A DNA stretch of 64,000 nucleotides from Octopus sinensis (GCF_006345805.1 NC_042998.1:48608001-48672000); one strand, 5' to 3'; shown: positions 48,320 through 62,043, counted from the first letter of the stretch. The notes: a model not told the origin generated them from the letters alone. Made by a program: numbers and translations.

Positions 48320-50660
48320 TCCAAGAGGGATATCTAAACAAACACTAGGGCACTCTAAACCACAGCTGTTGGGTTGGACCATTGACTTTAATTGGTTCAT
48401 CCACCCTTTGACAAGTTTTGCTTTTCGTCCTGCAGTGTGTCCAGCAAAAACCGAACTTCTTACCAAAGAAGTATGATAGCGTTGCCGACAGCCCGACCAT
48501 ACGATAGATTGTTCTGGGTTACGTGAGTGACTTGACAAAAATATTTACATTCATGCATGTGTGTGTGTATGTATGTATGAGACATATGTTTTCATTCCAT
48601 CATGAAATTTTTCATTGAGTGCTTTGCCTTCTTCGGCTACGGTCTTCTCAAATATAATACATATCGCTTATCTGAAGTTGATACAGCTACAGGTTTCTCG
48701 ATGCCCTACTAGCATTTTATCTTTTTCACAATGGGGAAAAGACATTGGTGCCGAACGAAGACAATTCTTCCAAAGAAAATTCCACACTGAACTAAACATG
48801 TGTGCCAAATTTCAAATATTTTAATTTGAAAGATGAAGAATTCTATGTAGAGGAATAGTGTTTCGGGTATGATTTTGTATTAAAATCATTCTAGAAACAA
48901 TATTTTGCTTTCAGGTAATTATCAGCTCAACTAAAATCTATGTTATATCCCCAAACCTACTAGCTCCATCGAAGTTGAATTTTTCCCACACACTAGGCAT
49001 GAGGAACCAAAAAAAAAATATGAAAGAAAAAGAACCTATATCTGTTCATACAACCTCTTAGGAATAGTAGCCAAATATGTCCTCAAATAATACCCAATCT
49101 TCTTAAAAAGACAAGGACGCATTTGATAATAGAGTAATGTATTTCGAGACATAATATTCCTGGAAATTTAATTGAGTCGTCGTGACTTAGATGCCTTTCG
49201 TCATAGGCTTGCTCAATTAAGGTCGTCTTGTAGGCTAAACAACCACAATCCTAAGTATGTGCTATACCCGATTAGTCACATGAAATGCTAATATAAATTC
49301 CATAGTGCCAATCTCACTATTGGGATTAACTTCTTGTGTAAAAACTTCATGAGCAAAAAGAATCACTACCGCCACCAAAAATCCTTTTATAAAATTTGAG
49401 CATTTTTCACACATAAATGAATTTTCTTGAAGTTTTGTATGTATGAGCAAAAAAGAAAAAAATATCTACTTATAATTTAGATCGAAACTGTATCATAAAC
49501 TTGGAATCTACGCATCTAAATTGTTGGCGTTTTTAAGATTATTGGTTCTCGCTTTGTAATGTTATTGTTGGAATATTGCCAATAAATAAGGAAGACATAA
49601 GAAGATGCAAGCACTTCAAGTAAGATATATTCCGATATGGGAGTGGGGTTTGTAAAAATCGTTTCAACAAACAGACTTAAACGAGATTCTAAATGTGATG
49701 TGATGTTTTTCTGATCGAGCTACAGAAAGCAATAAAAGTTCATAAAACGTTCAGAAATCAGTGTAACAGCTAATCGTTATAGAGACTATTGCAAACCAAT
49801 GTATCATATTTGGATGCATTGATTCATAATTACCATATTAAAAACTGTGTAATTTTCTGTAATTCTTTAAATTGATGATAAAGTACTTCAAATTCCATCT
49901 AGATGGTGTGATTCAGAAGAAAAAAGAAAAAAACAAGCGGTGGAATTTTCCATATCTCTTTATTTGATTTGATGTTACGCTTCCAAGTTAACGACACACC
50001 CTAAGTAATATTTATGGTACATTGCTTCAAACGAATGGTTTGTACTTCAAAAGATATTTATTTTCAACTAAGTGAACTCAGTCACATGAAATCAAGTGAT
50101 ATATTCAAGGACAAAGAACACTACTGATAGCAGGATCCGACACTACGATTATTATTCAACAAGCCAACGTCCGAACGTTTCATGTGAAATGTCTATAACC
50201 GGAAAACAAAATGAGGTTGGCGACTCCAGTTACTTACATTCTATTTTTATTGCAGTTGGCGAACTACAATGAAGTTTGTTATATTGTATGTCGCATAAAA
50301 TTATTAGCTGTATGTCTATAAAATACTTACTTTCCAACAAATGAACCAAGTTCAGAGGGTATCTTATACAAATACATCATCGCTTGAGTGTGTGTCTACT
50401 CTCGGCAGCATGAACACCTAAAACAAATAACGAAATCATGGTACATATGCTACCGAGTCATACTCGCTAACGCGTGGCGACAGGGTTAGTTTTAGTGTAT
50501 GTGTGTAAGTGCATGTGAGAGAGAAAGAGATAAAATGAGAGTATGTGTGTATACAGACATATTTGCATAGATAACAGTGTGTTTATATATATATATATAA
50601 CATTATATGTATAATAACATTAATAATATATATGTATACATATATATATATATATATATC

Positions 50661-50691
<31 letters not shown>

Positions 50692-50929
50692 ACATTAATA
50701 ATGAGAATCGAGATTTGCACGTGGATAATTTATTTTAGTTATTTACAACATATTACAATGACTTACACGCGTTTCCATTGCAGCGATTGCACACTGTTGC
50801 AGTCGTGAATAGGACACACGGAATTACCCATCAAGAAAATTTAACTATATCTAACAACTTGAATCGAGTAGGCATCGAATATGGACCGTTGTATTAGCCG
50901 GCATTTGGGACCGAACTAAGAGCAAAATC

Positions 50930-51591
50930 GGTATCCGCGTCGGAAGCTCTAATACGAACATTTCATAGTGTTTGGGTATCAATCTGAGGACATGTACCGA
51001 GAGTAATGAAAATCAAACATCCAATCAACATCAGTGTGTTTTGAGTGATCACTACTGATGGCGACATTATACCTTCATTTATCTTCCCACATGACATCAG
51101 ATTCAACACTACATTAAGTGCCTGGAGGAGGTAGTGCTGCCGTGGGTGAAGAGGGTGGCTACTGAAAGACCCTATTTCTGGCAACAGGACTCTGTACCAT
51201 GCCACACAAGCAGGAGAACCCAGTCATGGCTGTCAGACAATTTCTGCCACCGCGTCACCCCTAACATCTGGCCACCTCACTCCCCAGACTGCCATCCCCT
51301 TGATTATTATGTGTGGGAAACATTTGAGCGAGAGACCAACCAAACTTCTTGTAACACCAAAGATCAACTGAAGGCAAGGATTATGGCAGCATTCATCAAC
51401 TTAAACAAGGAGGCCATCCAGAAGAGTTGCACGAGATTCCGAAGTCGTCTGGAGGCCGTGATTGAACCCAATGGCGATTTCATTGAACATATTTACACTT
51501 TAGTATTTCAAGATAATTTTATGTACTTTTGGTAAAAATATCTATTAAAATTTTTGCGTAATTTATACGACAGTTTATTCACTGCACCCTG
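50930..51591 (+). mobile_element. Internally deleted mariner-like element, DD37D (maT) type
   Basis: MKIKHP.NI..F.VITTDGD..; WQQDSVPCHTSRRTQSWL..WPPHSPDCHPLDYYVW..FRSRLEAVIEPNGDFIE; right TIR ..TTCACTGCACCCTG followed by TA. Left TIR not found. Confidence 0.88.
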
Positions 51592-51637
51592 TAAATATAT
51601 GTATATATATATATATATATTATAATATATATTATAT

Positions 51638-51704
<67 letters not shown>

Positions 51705-52138
51705 CCGTATTTCGTCTGCCGTTACGCTCTGTCTGTCCTTGTTTGTCACCTCTGTGTTTAGCCCTTGTAGGGAGTAAAGAAATAAGCATTTCGTCTGCTG
51801 CTACGTTCTGAGTTCAAATTCCACCGAGGTCGACTTTGCCTTTCATCCTTTGGGGGTCGATTAAATAAGTACCAGTTACGCACTGGGGTCGAGATAATCG
51901 ACTTAATCCGTTTGCCTGTCCTTGTTTGTCCCTTCTGTGTTTAACCCCTTGTGGGTAGTAAAGAAATAGGTATTTCGTCTGTTTTTTACGTTCTGAGTTC
52001 AAATTCCGCTGAGGTCGACTTTGGTTTTCATCCTTTCGGGGTCGATAAATTAAGTACCAGTTGCGTACTGGGGTCGATCTTATCGACTGGCGCCCTCCAC
52101 AAAAATTTCTGGCCTTGTGCCTAGAGCAGAAAAGATTC
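51705..52138 (+). mobile_element. SINE family A trimer lacking the A box (A1, A1, A2 tails)
   Basis: Units joined at AAAGAAATAAG|CATTTCGTCTG and AAAGAAATAGG|TATTTCGTCTG; the last unit ends GGCCTTGTGCCTAGAGCAGAAAAGA. Confidence 0.9.
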
Positions 52139-52790
52139 AAACACTAATTGCAGCGGTTCTTCAGTTTTTCTAAGCCCTGTAAAAGAAATAGGAAGGATAG
52201 GAAGGATAGGCCTCCAGCCAGCCCTTTCGCGATACCCTTAAAGCTAAGAAATTTTCAACATCCCGTTGTATATATTATAGAACTGAAATTACTCTGTCAT
52301 TATCCCCTCATTCGTAATCTCAAACGCGCGCGTGTGTGTGCGTGTGTAAAATGAAGTTCAAATTTATTCTAATCACTCACAGTATTGCTATCATTTGCAA
52401 CTTTCTATTCTTTCTATTTTCGTATCCAAGCTAAAATCCTGGTTTCAATTTCGTGACACCTACGTTTTGATTCTTCTTTTACATTATTAATCACTTATAT
52501 AATTAATGCCTTTGAGCTGTTTCCCTTTCCTCTTTACTATATATTTTTCTTGAATAATTGGTGCCCTTGAGGCATTAATTATGTTAGAGATTAATTATAT
52601 AATTTGCCCTTTCCTCTCCGTTAAATGTCCCGTGCATGATTGTGTGTCTATGTATGTGTGTGTATATGTGTGTGTGCTCATACACACACATTTATTATTA
52701 CTGTCATTATTATTATTATTATTATTACTGTCATTATTATTATTATTATTATTACTGTCATTATTATTATTATTATTATTATTATTACTG

Positions 52791-52833
<43 letters not shown>

Positions 52834-53990
52834 ATTATAAGTTGTTAATGCCCTAAAAAAGCGCATGAATATCGCAGTTCCTGCTTCCTTTGATAAAATT
52901 GTATTCATTTCCTCCGCATCTTTTCAGCTATAAACTGTGTGGACCAAACTTTATATTCATCACTAATATATCTGAATCGATTCCTCTTTTGAAATTCCAG
53001 AAGCTTTTACCAACGCAAAAGAAATGTTATTTGCTTTTTTTTTGTTTTTTCGTGATGCCTAACCCCAGATCAGCTCCGACTGAGCAGTCCTATCATATAT
53101 AGGTAGCCCGCAGAGCAATTAGCTGCCACCACCTTATCCATTATTCACGATATAAAATGCCCCCGCCTCACGGAATATTATACTGCACACCCTGACATAT
53201 AGTAATTAATCTTATGGGATGTTGTATGACAGTCCATAATCATGGCTATTTCTGGACATCTGTAGTTTCTGGTTTTGGTATCATGGAGGCAGCTACAGTG
53301 GGCGTGATCAGAGAATAACAGTTGCATTTTCTCTTGCTCTTATAATTAGCCGCGTATATCGCAGTACAGTTATAGAGGGTAATTACGATATCGATGCTAC
53401 GGTTAATTCTTTTCATTTCAACAGAACAGCTGCAACAATGCTTTTAGAATAGTATTGTACTAGAGTTCTCGATATTGCAGATGTACCTAGATGTACTGTC
53501 AAGGAGTATGAAGGTTGAACTTTGCTACAGTAACGAATTTCATTCTCACGTGTGCAGGTAGTCTTAAATTTTTAGTGTCTACTCTTTAGTTTTTGCAGGT
53601 GATCTATTAATGCGGATTGTGATAATAAGATGAAGTGAACTGTTTTGTATTTCTTATTGTTTACTGTGGGTTCTCTACGGGTATACAGGGTGCCCGCGTA
53701 GTCTTTTTACTCTACTGTTATGCTTAACAAATATGTTACCCAGGATCGTATATTTCGAGTGTCCTAGGTGTGCGCTGCACACCCATCGAAAATGGAAGAT
53801 TTATTATAATTATTAGCTTTACTCATTAATTTAATCACAAATCTCAATGGAAAACTCTTGCTATGTCCCTTCTTGAAATTTGGTGACATTGGATGTGGTA
53901 GCACAACCAATACAACAACCATACGCCACTGATTTTTACCTGTATCTGATCTACGTGAATGTATACGCTGGTTCATTTTCTTTTTATACC

Positions 53991-54222
53991 TATTTCTTTA
54001 CTTCCCACAAGGGGCTAAACACAGAAGAGACAAACAAGGACAGACAGACGGATTAAGTCGATTATATCGACCCCAGTGCGTAGCTGGTACTTAATTTATC
54101 GACCCCGAAAGGATGAAAGGCAAAGTCGACCTTGGCGGAATTTGAACTCAGAACGTAACGGCAGACGAAATACTGCTAAGCATTTCGCCCGGCGTGCTAA
54201 CGATTCTGCCAGCTCACCGCCT
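53991..54222 (-). mobile_element. SINE family A (A1 tail), full length with 16-bp TSD
   Basis: TSD ATTTTCTTTTTATACC at 53975-53990 and 54224-54239. Confidence 0.93.
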
Positions 54223-54239
54223 TATTTTCTTTTTATACC

Positions 54240-54700
54240 ATCTATGTTTGCTGTAGGCGTTGTAAAATTTGTTGCATGTAATTCCCAATATTTTTGCTTT
54301 GTCTGTGTATAGGGATTATTTATATTGCTAAGTATGTTGATTACAGAGAATACAGTGGAATTAGTAAGTGATGGTTTTATGTCTGTTCCCTTTGACCCAG
54401 GTTCCTTTGCGATTGATATATGTCTGAAACAGTAGCGCGTTATCATCTGTAGAATGGTGGAAGGACATGAGTCTGATGGCGTGTATGCTGGAAGCTGCAG
54501 TAATCTTTTTGAAGAGATATGAGTATGTCGTATAGGTATCGGTTTAAGGAAGTGAACAAGAACGGATCTCTAGTTCCATATTCTGGAAATCGCAAATTCT
54601 TGGTGATTTTTTTTTCGTAAATAGTCTTAGCAACCTGGAATATAGTTTTCTAACCAGCATTTTGTGTTGTTTAAAATATTCAGAATTTAGCGTAAGAGTG
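54240..54700 (-). mobile_element. Strongly decayed LINE RT fragment (clade uncertain)
   Basis: Weak remnants such as HHSTDDNALL and KILGIT; many stops. Confidence 0.3.
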
Positions 54701-54784
54701 GGAATCGAGAAACTGGGCCTGAAAGATTAGTAATTAGGGTGATGTGTGTGAAGTGGTTAATAGTTGAAGCCATATTAGAGGCAT

Positions 54785-55078
54785 TGTTGTTGTTTGTTCC
54801 TTCTCGAGCCAAGGGACAGCTTCCCGGTTTCATTGGTGTATAAGTTTCCCACCTGGACGGGACGCTGGTCCATCGCAGGTGAGCTGCTGGATGCAAGAGG
54901 AAAGAGTAAGAGAAAGTTGTGGCGAAAGAGTCAGCAGAAGTTCACCATTACCTTCTGCCGGAGCCGCGTGGAGCTTCGGTGTTTCGCTTGTAAACACACA
55001 TCGCTCGGTCTGAGATTCGAACTCGCGATCCCTCGACCGGGAGTCCGCTACGCTAGCCACTAGGCCCTGTGCTTCCAC
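54785..55078 (-). mobile_element. SINE family F variant with CCTGCGATGGACCAGCGTCCCGTCCAGG segment and (AAC)n tail
   Basis: Head GTGGAAGCACAGGGCCTAGTGGCTAGCGTAGCGGACTC..GAGTTCGAATCTC; central part shared with 59900-60033. Confidence 0.8.
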
Positions 55079-55447
55079 ATTGGTGACATAGAGGTAGAAC
55101 TTATAGCCACTTAAACGTGGATGTTCTGTCAGAACAAATTATATTACCGTAAATACCATAAGAGAAGGCGCCATATTGGCTTTTAGACCAAAATGCACCC
55201 TTATTTATATCAGTAGCGGAGAGATAAATCCCTGTCACCTCCAAGGCCGAGACCTCCTGATTATGTGATCTCGACCTTCTTTAGTTTTGTCAATGATGGA
55301 TGCTCAGCCGTTAGAGAAAGCAGCGACTCATCTCCCCGCTAGCTAATATGTATATAGAAAAACAGTGTCTGAACAGGTGCTGGTGTCACGATTAGTCAGT
55401 GAGGTTATTAAACAATATTTATTAGCGACAGAGGTAGTATTAATATT

Positions 55448-55682
55448 TTATTTCTTTACTACCCACAAGGGGCTAAACACAGAGAGGACAAACAAGGACA
55501 GACAAACGGATTAAGTCGATTACATCGACCCCAGTGCGTAACTGGTACTTATTTAATCGACCCCGAAAGGATGAATGGCAAAGTTGACCTCGGCGAATTT
55601 TGAACTCAGAACGTAACGGCAGACGAAATACGGCTACGCATTTCGCCCGACGTGCTAACGTTTCTGCCAGCTCACCGTCTTC
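55448..55682 (-). mobile_element. SINE family A (A1 tail), full length with 16-bp TSD
   Basis: TSD AGGTAGTATTAATATT at 55432-55447 and 55683-55698. Confidence 0.93.
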
Positions 55683-56095
55683 AGGTAGTATTAATATTGA
55701 GAGGTAATATTTATCTCCACTTAAACGTAGATCTTCTGCTAGAACAAACTACATTGCGGTAGATACCATAAGAGAAACTCCTATACTGTTTATGTAAATT
55801 TGCTATTGTTTAATCATAGACCAACTCCGATCGAACATACCCATCGCTTTCCTATATTCAAAAGCATTGAATCCGTGATTCACCCTTTTTTTTTTTTTTT
55901 TTTTGAAATAAAACATCTATAATTTCATTATCCAATTTGTCCCCGCTTTTTCCAGACATTAGGTTATGATTTAAGAGAGATGAGGCTGCTATTTTTAGCA
56001 TGTCGAGCGACCATATACAAGCTCTCTTGCTGGCTCTTGATATACTTTTTGATCGTAGTGGTCTGAACTCATGTTATGATTTAGAAAGAAAGTGT

Positions 56096-56312
56096 GGGTT
56101 GGTAACGCCGAGGGTGAGCCTTTCTAGGATTTTTAAGGTGTGCATTGGATAATGTTAAATCTGAATGTTGCTACTTCAGTTTGGCTTACGTCATGCTTTT
56201 AAACATTATGAGAATTTTTTCTGGTTCTTGGAATAACTAATCATTCGGATCTGTCACTCCCACTAGACACGCCTTAAAATCCTAAAAAGACCCGTCCTAG
56301 AGTTACCAACCC
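56096..56312. mobile_element. MITE with ~46-bp imperfect TIRs
   Basis: GGGTTGGTAAC..TAGGATTTTTAAGGTGTG / ACACGCCTTAAAATCCTA..GTTACCAACCC. Confidence 0.75.
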
Positions 56313-57789
56313 ATATTTTCTTATATGATGTTTCTAATATATGAAAATAGTACCGATGCGTGAGAAGCAGAACAGACTAAGCGGTCTTACTTTTAGTCAT
56401 TACCATATCAACTAATCCTTTTTTCACACCAGTGTCGATATATTTTCTTCTATTTTACTCTAGAAGAATAATTTGTTATGTCCATGACTTTCCTAGAAGC
56501 ATTGGCGGTGTAAATATAAGGGAAATATGTAACTTAGACTCCATCTGCTTAGAAACTTAACGCTTTTTCTTGGGCGCTCGCCAACAAATTTCAGAAAATA
56601 GAGCGTATTGGCCGTATGAGTTCGTTCCTTTTCCGTCTCGATGGGAAATTAATTGAGATGTTCAGACGTTTTGGAAAAGCATGAGTGGCATAGGTGTTGT
56701 AAGTAGCATAAGTGGCGTACTGAATGCATAACTGAAATAAAAACCATGAGGATCAGGTCGTATTCTTGATGCGCTGTAGTTTAGGGAAAGCACCGCTTTT
56801 CTTTTCATTAGGCACAGACAGCTTATAATTTGAGGCAGTATAAATTTGAAGTTATGGTCTTGAGGCGTTTTCCAGGGAGATTCGCGATGAAATATAAAAG
56901 AATTATCTTTAACTAGGGTGTGGAAGCCGCGTTGTAATTCCAACTTTCTAGACATTTCGTGCTACACAGTATATTGGTCCGTCCACGTTCATCATGCTCT
57001 CTGAATACTTTGGAAGATTTTTAATTATGCCAGAAAAGAAGCTGTTAGCCCCTGACTCAACTCTCCTCTATTTCTTGGAGGAAATGAACACTGTGAGTGA
57101 TTCTTACACAACCTTTGAGCAGTACAGTGTAACCGATTCTAAGAAAGAAGAGAACAATTATCTTTTACCGATGTTAGAAACCGCATTACGATCCCAGCTT
57201 GCCAGGAACATATCTCATGTTCTACGACTGCAGTGAAACTCAAGGAAATATCAGCAATAAATTGGAATCTAGTCAAATGACTCATCCGTACCAAAATATC
57301 TCATGTCTATAGAATAAAAAAGAACATTTCTAGTTGTCTTGAAGGTAGAGAACCGAATTAGATAGTAATACGATGTCAGTTACAGTGACTAACGATTTTG
57401 CATTCAAATCCAGCTAGTTTCAACTTAGTCTTTTATCCTAAATTGGATCGATAATACAAGCAACACTAACATATTGGATTTGTATGGATCTAATTTGTTC
57501 TTTTCATAAATAAAGATAAAATGCAAAAGCGACTTCTGTTCAATAAATATCCCCCCACACACAAACACACACAGCACCACCACCACCACTTCTATTATTA
57601 TTCAACAAAAAAAAAACGAAAAACAAAAACGAAACAATCAAAACACACAAAATGGTCAGGAGGATAAGCTTATGTAGACTTTACGTTGTATCTCTGGGCA
57701 ACTGGCTTAATTCTCTACATTTATATTCAACTAGCTTTTGCTTGTGGATACTAGATATTCAGAGAATAAGATTAACGGTAGACTGACTG

Positions 57790-57965
57790 ATGTCGTTGTT
57801 GTTGTTGTTGTTGTTGTTCTTCTTCTTCTTCTTCTTCTTCTTCTTCTTCTTCTTCTTCCCCTTCTTCTTCTTTTTCTTCCCCTTCTTCTTCTTCTTCTTC
57901 TTCTCCTTCTCCTTCTTCTTCTTCTTCTTCTTCTTCTTCTTCTACTTCTTCTTCTTCTTCTTGGT
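57790..57965. repeat. (GTT)n-(CTT)n microsatellite
   Basis: Directly visible; gives poly-E/R/F artefact ORFs. Confidence 0.95.
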
Positions 57966-58450
57966 GATGATGAGATCTTGACGTTATTGTCAGTGATGTT
58001 GTTGATGTTAATGATAATGATGATGATGCTGTTTCGTCTACTGCTACTGCAGTTGTTTTTTTTTTTGTTATTTGACCCGAGGTCAACTTTCATCGCGATC
58101 AAAGGTTTCCCAACCGTAATCAGCCCGTCTTTTTAGGGTTATGCCTAGGACTACATCATCCATTGTGTCCTTTTCTTATTTAACAAAGTAAGATACAATT
58201 TGAGGAAGATTTGAGATACTACTTCCAGCAAGGCAGATCAAATGAATATGGAAAGGGTCCTTCGTTTACTATGCAAAAAAACTACTGTTCTATCAAGTGA
58301 ATAGTCTATTACCCTCCGCTGAATGTGGAGATAAATACCGGTTTTATGAGCAGTATTACTGTCTGTGAATAATTCCCATCTAAACGACTTGAAATATATA
58401 AACTTGAAGATGTGCGTGCGTGTATGCGTGTTCGTGTGTGTGTGTGTGTG

Positions 58451-58508
<58 letters not shown>

Positions 58509-58738
58509 GTGTGCGCGCGCGTGTGCGTGTGTGTGTGTATGTATCTGTGAATATATGTAACAAAAATGTTCGGCAACATGTCTGAAAAAAATCGCAGATG
58601 TATTACCTGCAGAAATGGTACTTAATAAAAACAAGAATTTGCATAATGTTACATAGTAAGTTGTACAATAGTACTCATGTTCTGAATATGGAAACATAAC
58701 ATGTAGTTATACCCTAAAATATATATATATATATATAT

Positions 58739-58987
58739 ATATTTACCAACTAAATGTGGCGGTCCCATAGAGGACGATGTTACTGTTGTTTTTAGCCCCA
58801 GGAAGACATCTCTTCCAGCTGACTAACAACACACTGTCTGTGTCCGATTACTATTTGCGAGGGGAAGTCATCGCTCCCATCACTAGCCTTACATGATACA
58901 CACAGACCCGGGTTTCTGAGTAGTTATCTGTCTTCAGTGTGTGATAATCATCAGCTAATGGGACCGCCGCATTTAGTTAGCAAATAT
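58739..58987. mobile_element. MITE with ~29-bp TIRs at the edge of a TA array
   Basis: ATATTTACCAACTAAATGTGGCGGTCCCA vs reverse complement of 58959-58987 (26/29). Confidence 0.8.
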
Positions 58988-59199
58988 ATTTTCCGATTCC
59001 GTACTGTTACTGTATATCTCTCGCTCAGAGATTTAATATGGCTTATTTCTCCTTTTTCGAGATCAGTGACAGTTTGTCGCTGAAAAAAGCATATAGTAAT
59101 TTGCGAGTGGAATTAGTTTTTCATCACTAGCTGGTGATTATCACTCTTTTGAGTTTGTTTTTGAGAAGTGAGACCGATTGATGCGAGACCGTCATGTTG

Positions 59200-59633
59200 T
59201 GCGGAACGAGAAAGAATGACATAAAAAACTTATGCGGAGGTGGCAGAAACGCGGGAAGCAATGAACGGAGGAAGGCTGAAGCATCAAGAGATACAGTGGA
59301 ATATAAAGAAGTTAAGAAAATATAGCAACATGGTGAAGTTTGAGGAAGAATTAACAATACTTGTTATGCCAGAAGAAGAGAAGAAGAAAATAGAAAGAAG
59401 AACAGTTAAATTTCGAACCTTTTCAAATGAAAACAGAAGGATAGAGAGAGCACCAGAAAATGAGATTGAGACACTAATTTTGAACAGCATAGAGGAGAAA
59501 ATTATGTTCATAAACAAAGGAAAAGAATACGGAACTGTAGAGGTAACTTTTGAGAAAGAAGAGGATGCGGTAGCTAACAGCAAGCAAGTAACAGAAGGCA
59601 GAAAATGGTCACTGTTACTCAGCATGTGGGTCT
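59200..59633 (+). mobile_element. ORF1-like N-terminal region of an L1/Tx1-like non-LTR retrotransposon (3'-truncated)
   Basis: ~136 open codons: KTYAEVA..EEEKKKIERRTVKFRTF..EIETLIL..KIMFINKGKEYGTVEVTFEKEEDAV..W.LL, an RRM-like beta/alpha pattern. Ends abruptly at another repeat. Confidence 0.5.
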
Positions 59634-59713
59634 TCGCTCGGCACGATGTTCCAATAGCTGGTATATCTTAGAAACAGCCACCAGAGACTATCTATATTTT
59701 CATTATGACTGAA

Positions 59714-60033
59714 GCACTCCGTCGGTTACGACGACGAGGGTTCCGGTTGATCCGATCAACGGAACAGCCTGCTCGTGAAATTAACGTGTAAGTGGCTGAG
59801 CACTCCACAGACACGTTTACACTTAACGCAGTTCTCGGGGATATTCAGCGTGACAAAGAGAGTGACAAGACCGGCCCTTTGAAATACAGGTACAACAGAA
59901 ACAGGAAGTAAGAGTGAGAGAAAGTTGTGGTGAAAGAGTACAGCAGGGATCACCACCATCCCTGCCGGAGCCTCGTGGAGCTTTTAGATGTTTTCGCTCA
60001 ATACACACTCACAACGCCCGGTCTGGGAATCGA
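59714..60033 (-). mobile_element. SINE family F with RTE-like tail, head truncated
   Basis: GCACTCCGTCGGTTACGACGACGAGGGTTCCGGTTGATCCGATCAACGGAACAGCCTGCTCGTG.. to ..CAACGCCCGGTCTGGGAATCGAA. Confidence 0.85.
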
Positions 60034-60749
60034 AAATTTTCATTATATAGCTAAATTAAATTAAATGTCCTTGTCAAGTCTTACCAAACTGTCTTTCTTT
60101 CTATTTTAACCTATACAAACATGCATACATACAGACAGACAAACAGACAGATATACACGTGCGCACAGACATACATGCATACATACATACAGACAGATAC
60201 ATACATTTTCATGTTTGAGATTTCAATTTTTAAGAAAAATTATCGTTTATTCTTTTATAACGCTTAGAGTCAATTTACACTAGAAAACAAAGCTTCAACA
60301 CTCAGCGATCCTCATTTACTCTTTAATCCTTTGAATGAGTAATCTAAATTCATGGTCACTCCCGTAATGATGTTATTTATCCGCCCCAAAACTAGAATTG
60401 GTATTTTCTGCTTCTGCAATACATTTTCAGTATTTTCTGTAGATTCGGTTTTCCTATTCAACATTTAAAACGTTTGATTCCTGCTCTGTAAAGAAATATC
60501 TGATGAAATATGGGAATAAATTGAAAGAATCTGAGAAAATGTCTCTTGTGAAATGTGTCCCTGAGTGTGTCTCTGATTCTCGCAGCTTAAGGAAAAGTTT
60601 TTTTCAAAGCCGTCAGGTAAAACGCTTTCCTCCGTCAAGGATAATAAAATTTTGAGGGATATATATTCGTTTTCTTCTTTCAAAGAGTTAAAGCATTGGT
60701 TCTCAAACGAACAAATATTAAAACTCCACGGAAAATTTGTATGTGTGTG

Positions 60750-60815
<66 letters not shown>

Positions 60816-61437
60816 TGTGTGTGTGTGTTGTGTCTGTGTGTGTGTGTGTATGTGTGTGTGTGCGTGTGCGAGCGTATTTGCTAGCACGCGCGTTCTTTTG
60901 AGCTCCGCATCTCTTCTTGCTTTTTTTATGGAAACACGATAGTGTTTGCATTTATATAATACTTTTTGCTGCACAATGGTGTAAAATCCATTTAATTTCC
61001 TTTACCATGACAATGTGTCCATATCCCTCCTTTTCAATCCACGAAGACCATCGTCCCTAAACTTAAATTATTGTTTGTCTTTCCTTTCTTTTTTATTATT
61101 TTGTTCAGTAACATTGTGGGTGTCCGTATTTTCTTTGATGTCTCAGTATTTCATCATTGCCTTCCTCATTATCTTTATATACCCCACTTTCCCCTACTGT
61201 TATCTTTTTAATGTTTCCTCTTGTTCTTATCAGACTTTTGCCTGTAATATCCGTTCATAAAACACGTCAGTTCGCTTTCCATACTCGCTTCTTGCCTTTC
61301 ATTGCTTCTGAGTGGTATACATTCTTTACGTCACCATGAATACCGAAAAGAAATAGGATTTATAGAAACATCGTAGCGCGAAAATCTGAGTAGCAAAGAA
61401 GTGGCTCATTCTTTTCTTCTGAACAGATATAAGGTGC

Positions 61438-61546
<109 letters not shown>

Positions 61547-61602
61547 TGTATGTATGTATGCATGTATATAATATGCACATAGGTACATATATATACATGC
61601 GC

Positions 61603-61686
<84 letters not shown>

Positions 61687-62043
61687 CGTATACATATGCA
61701 TACATATATATGTATATATATATTATATATATATATATATACCTATATATATACATATATATAATAATAATAATAAAGGGCAAAATTAATTAATTAATAA
61801 TTAATAATTTTACCAAGTAGTTCGGTATGTTAAAAGAACCATTATCGGTAACCTTAAACAAAATTGTTTATAATTATGAGTACAATTATAATTAGGGTTC
61901 AGCAAAAATTTGCTTCACCACATACCAAAATTTAGAAATAGCAGTTAAAACTAGCTATTTTTCTACCAGGTGAAAGAGTCAGTGATATGATATGATCGAT
62001 AATGGGTGCCTGTAAGTAGGGTGGTGTTGGATAGGTTGGGTCA

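Noticed and set aside
50700-50900. Left end of the DD37D element
   Set aside because: No CAGGGTGC TIR; it looks like a separate, opposite-strand mariner-like scrap (FLMG ~ FLWG) too weak to annotate.
60465-60720. Protein-like tail of the 169-aa minus-strand ORF
   Set aside because: The ORF start depends on a (CA)n tract; no recognisable motif or convincing splice sites.
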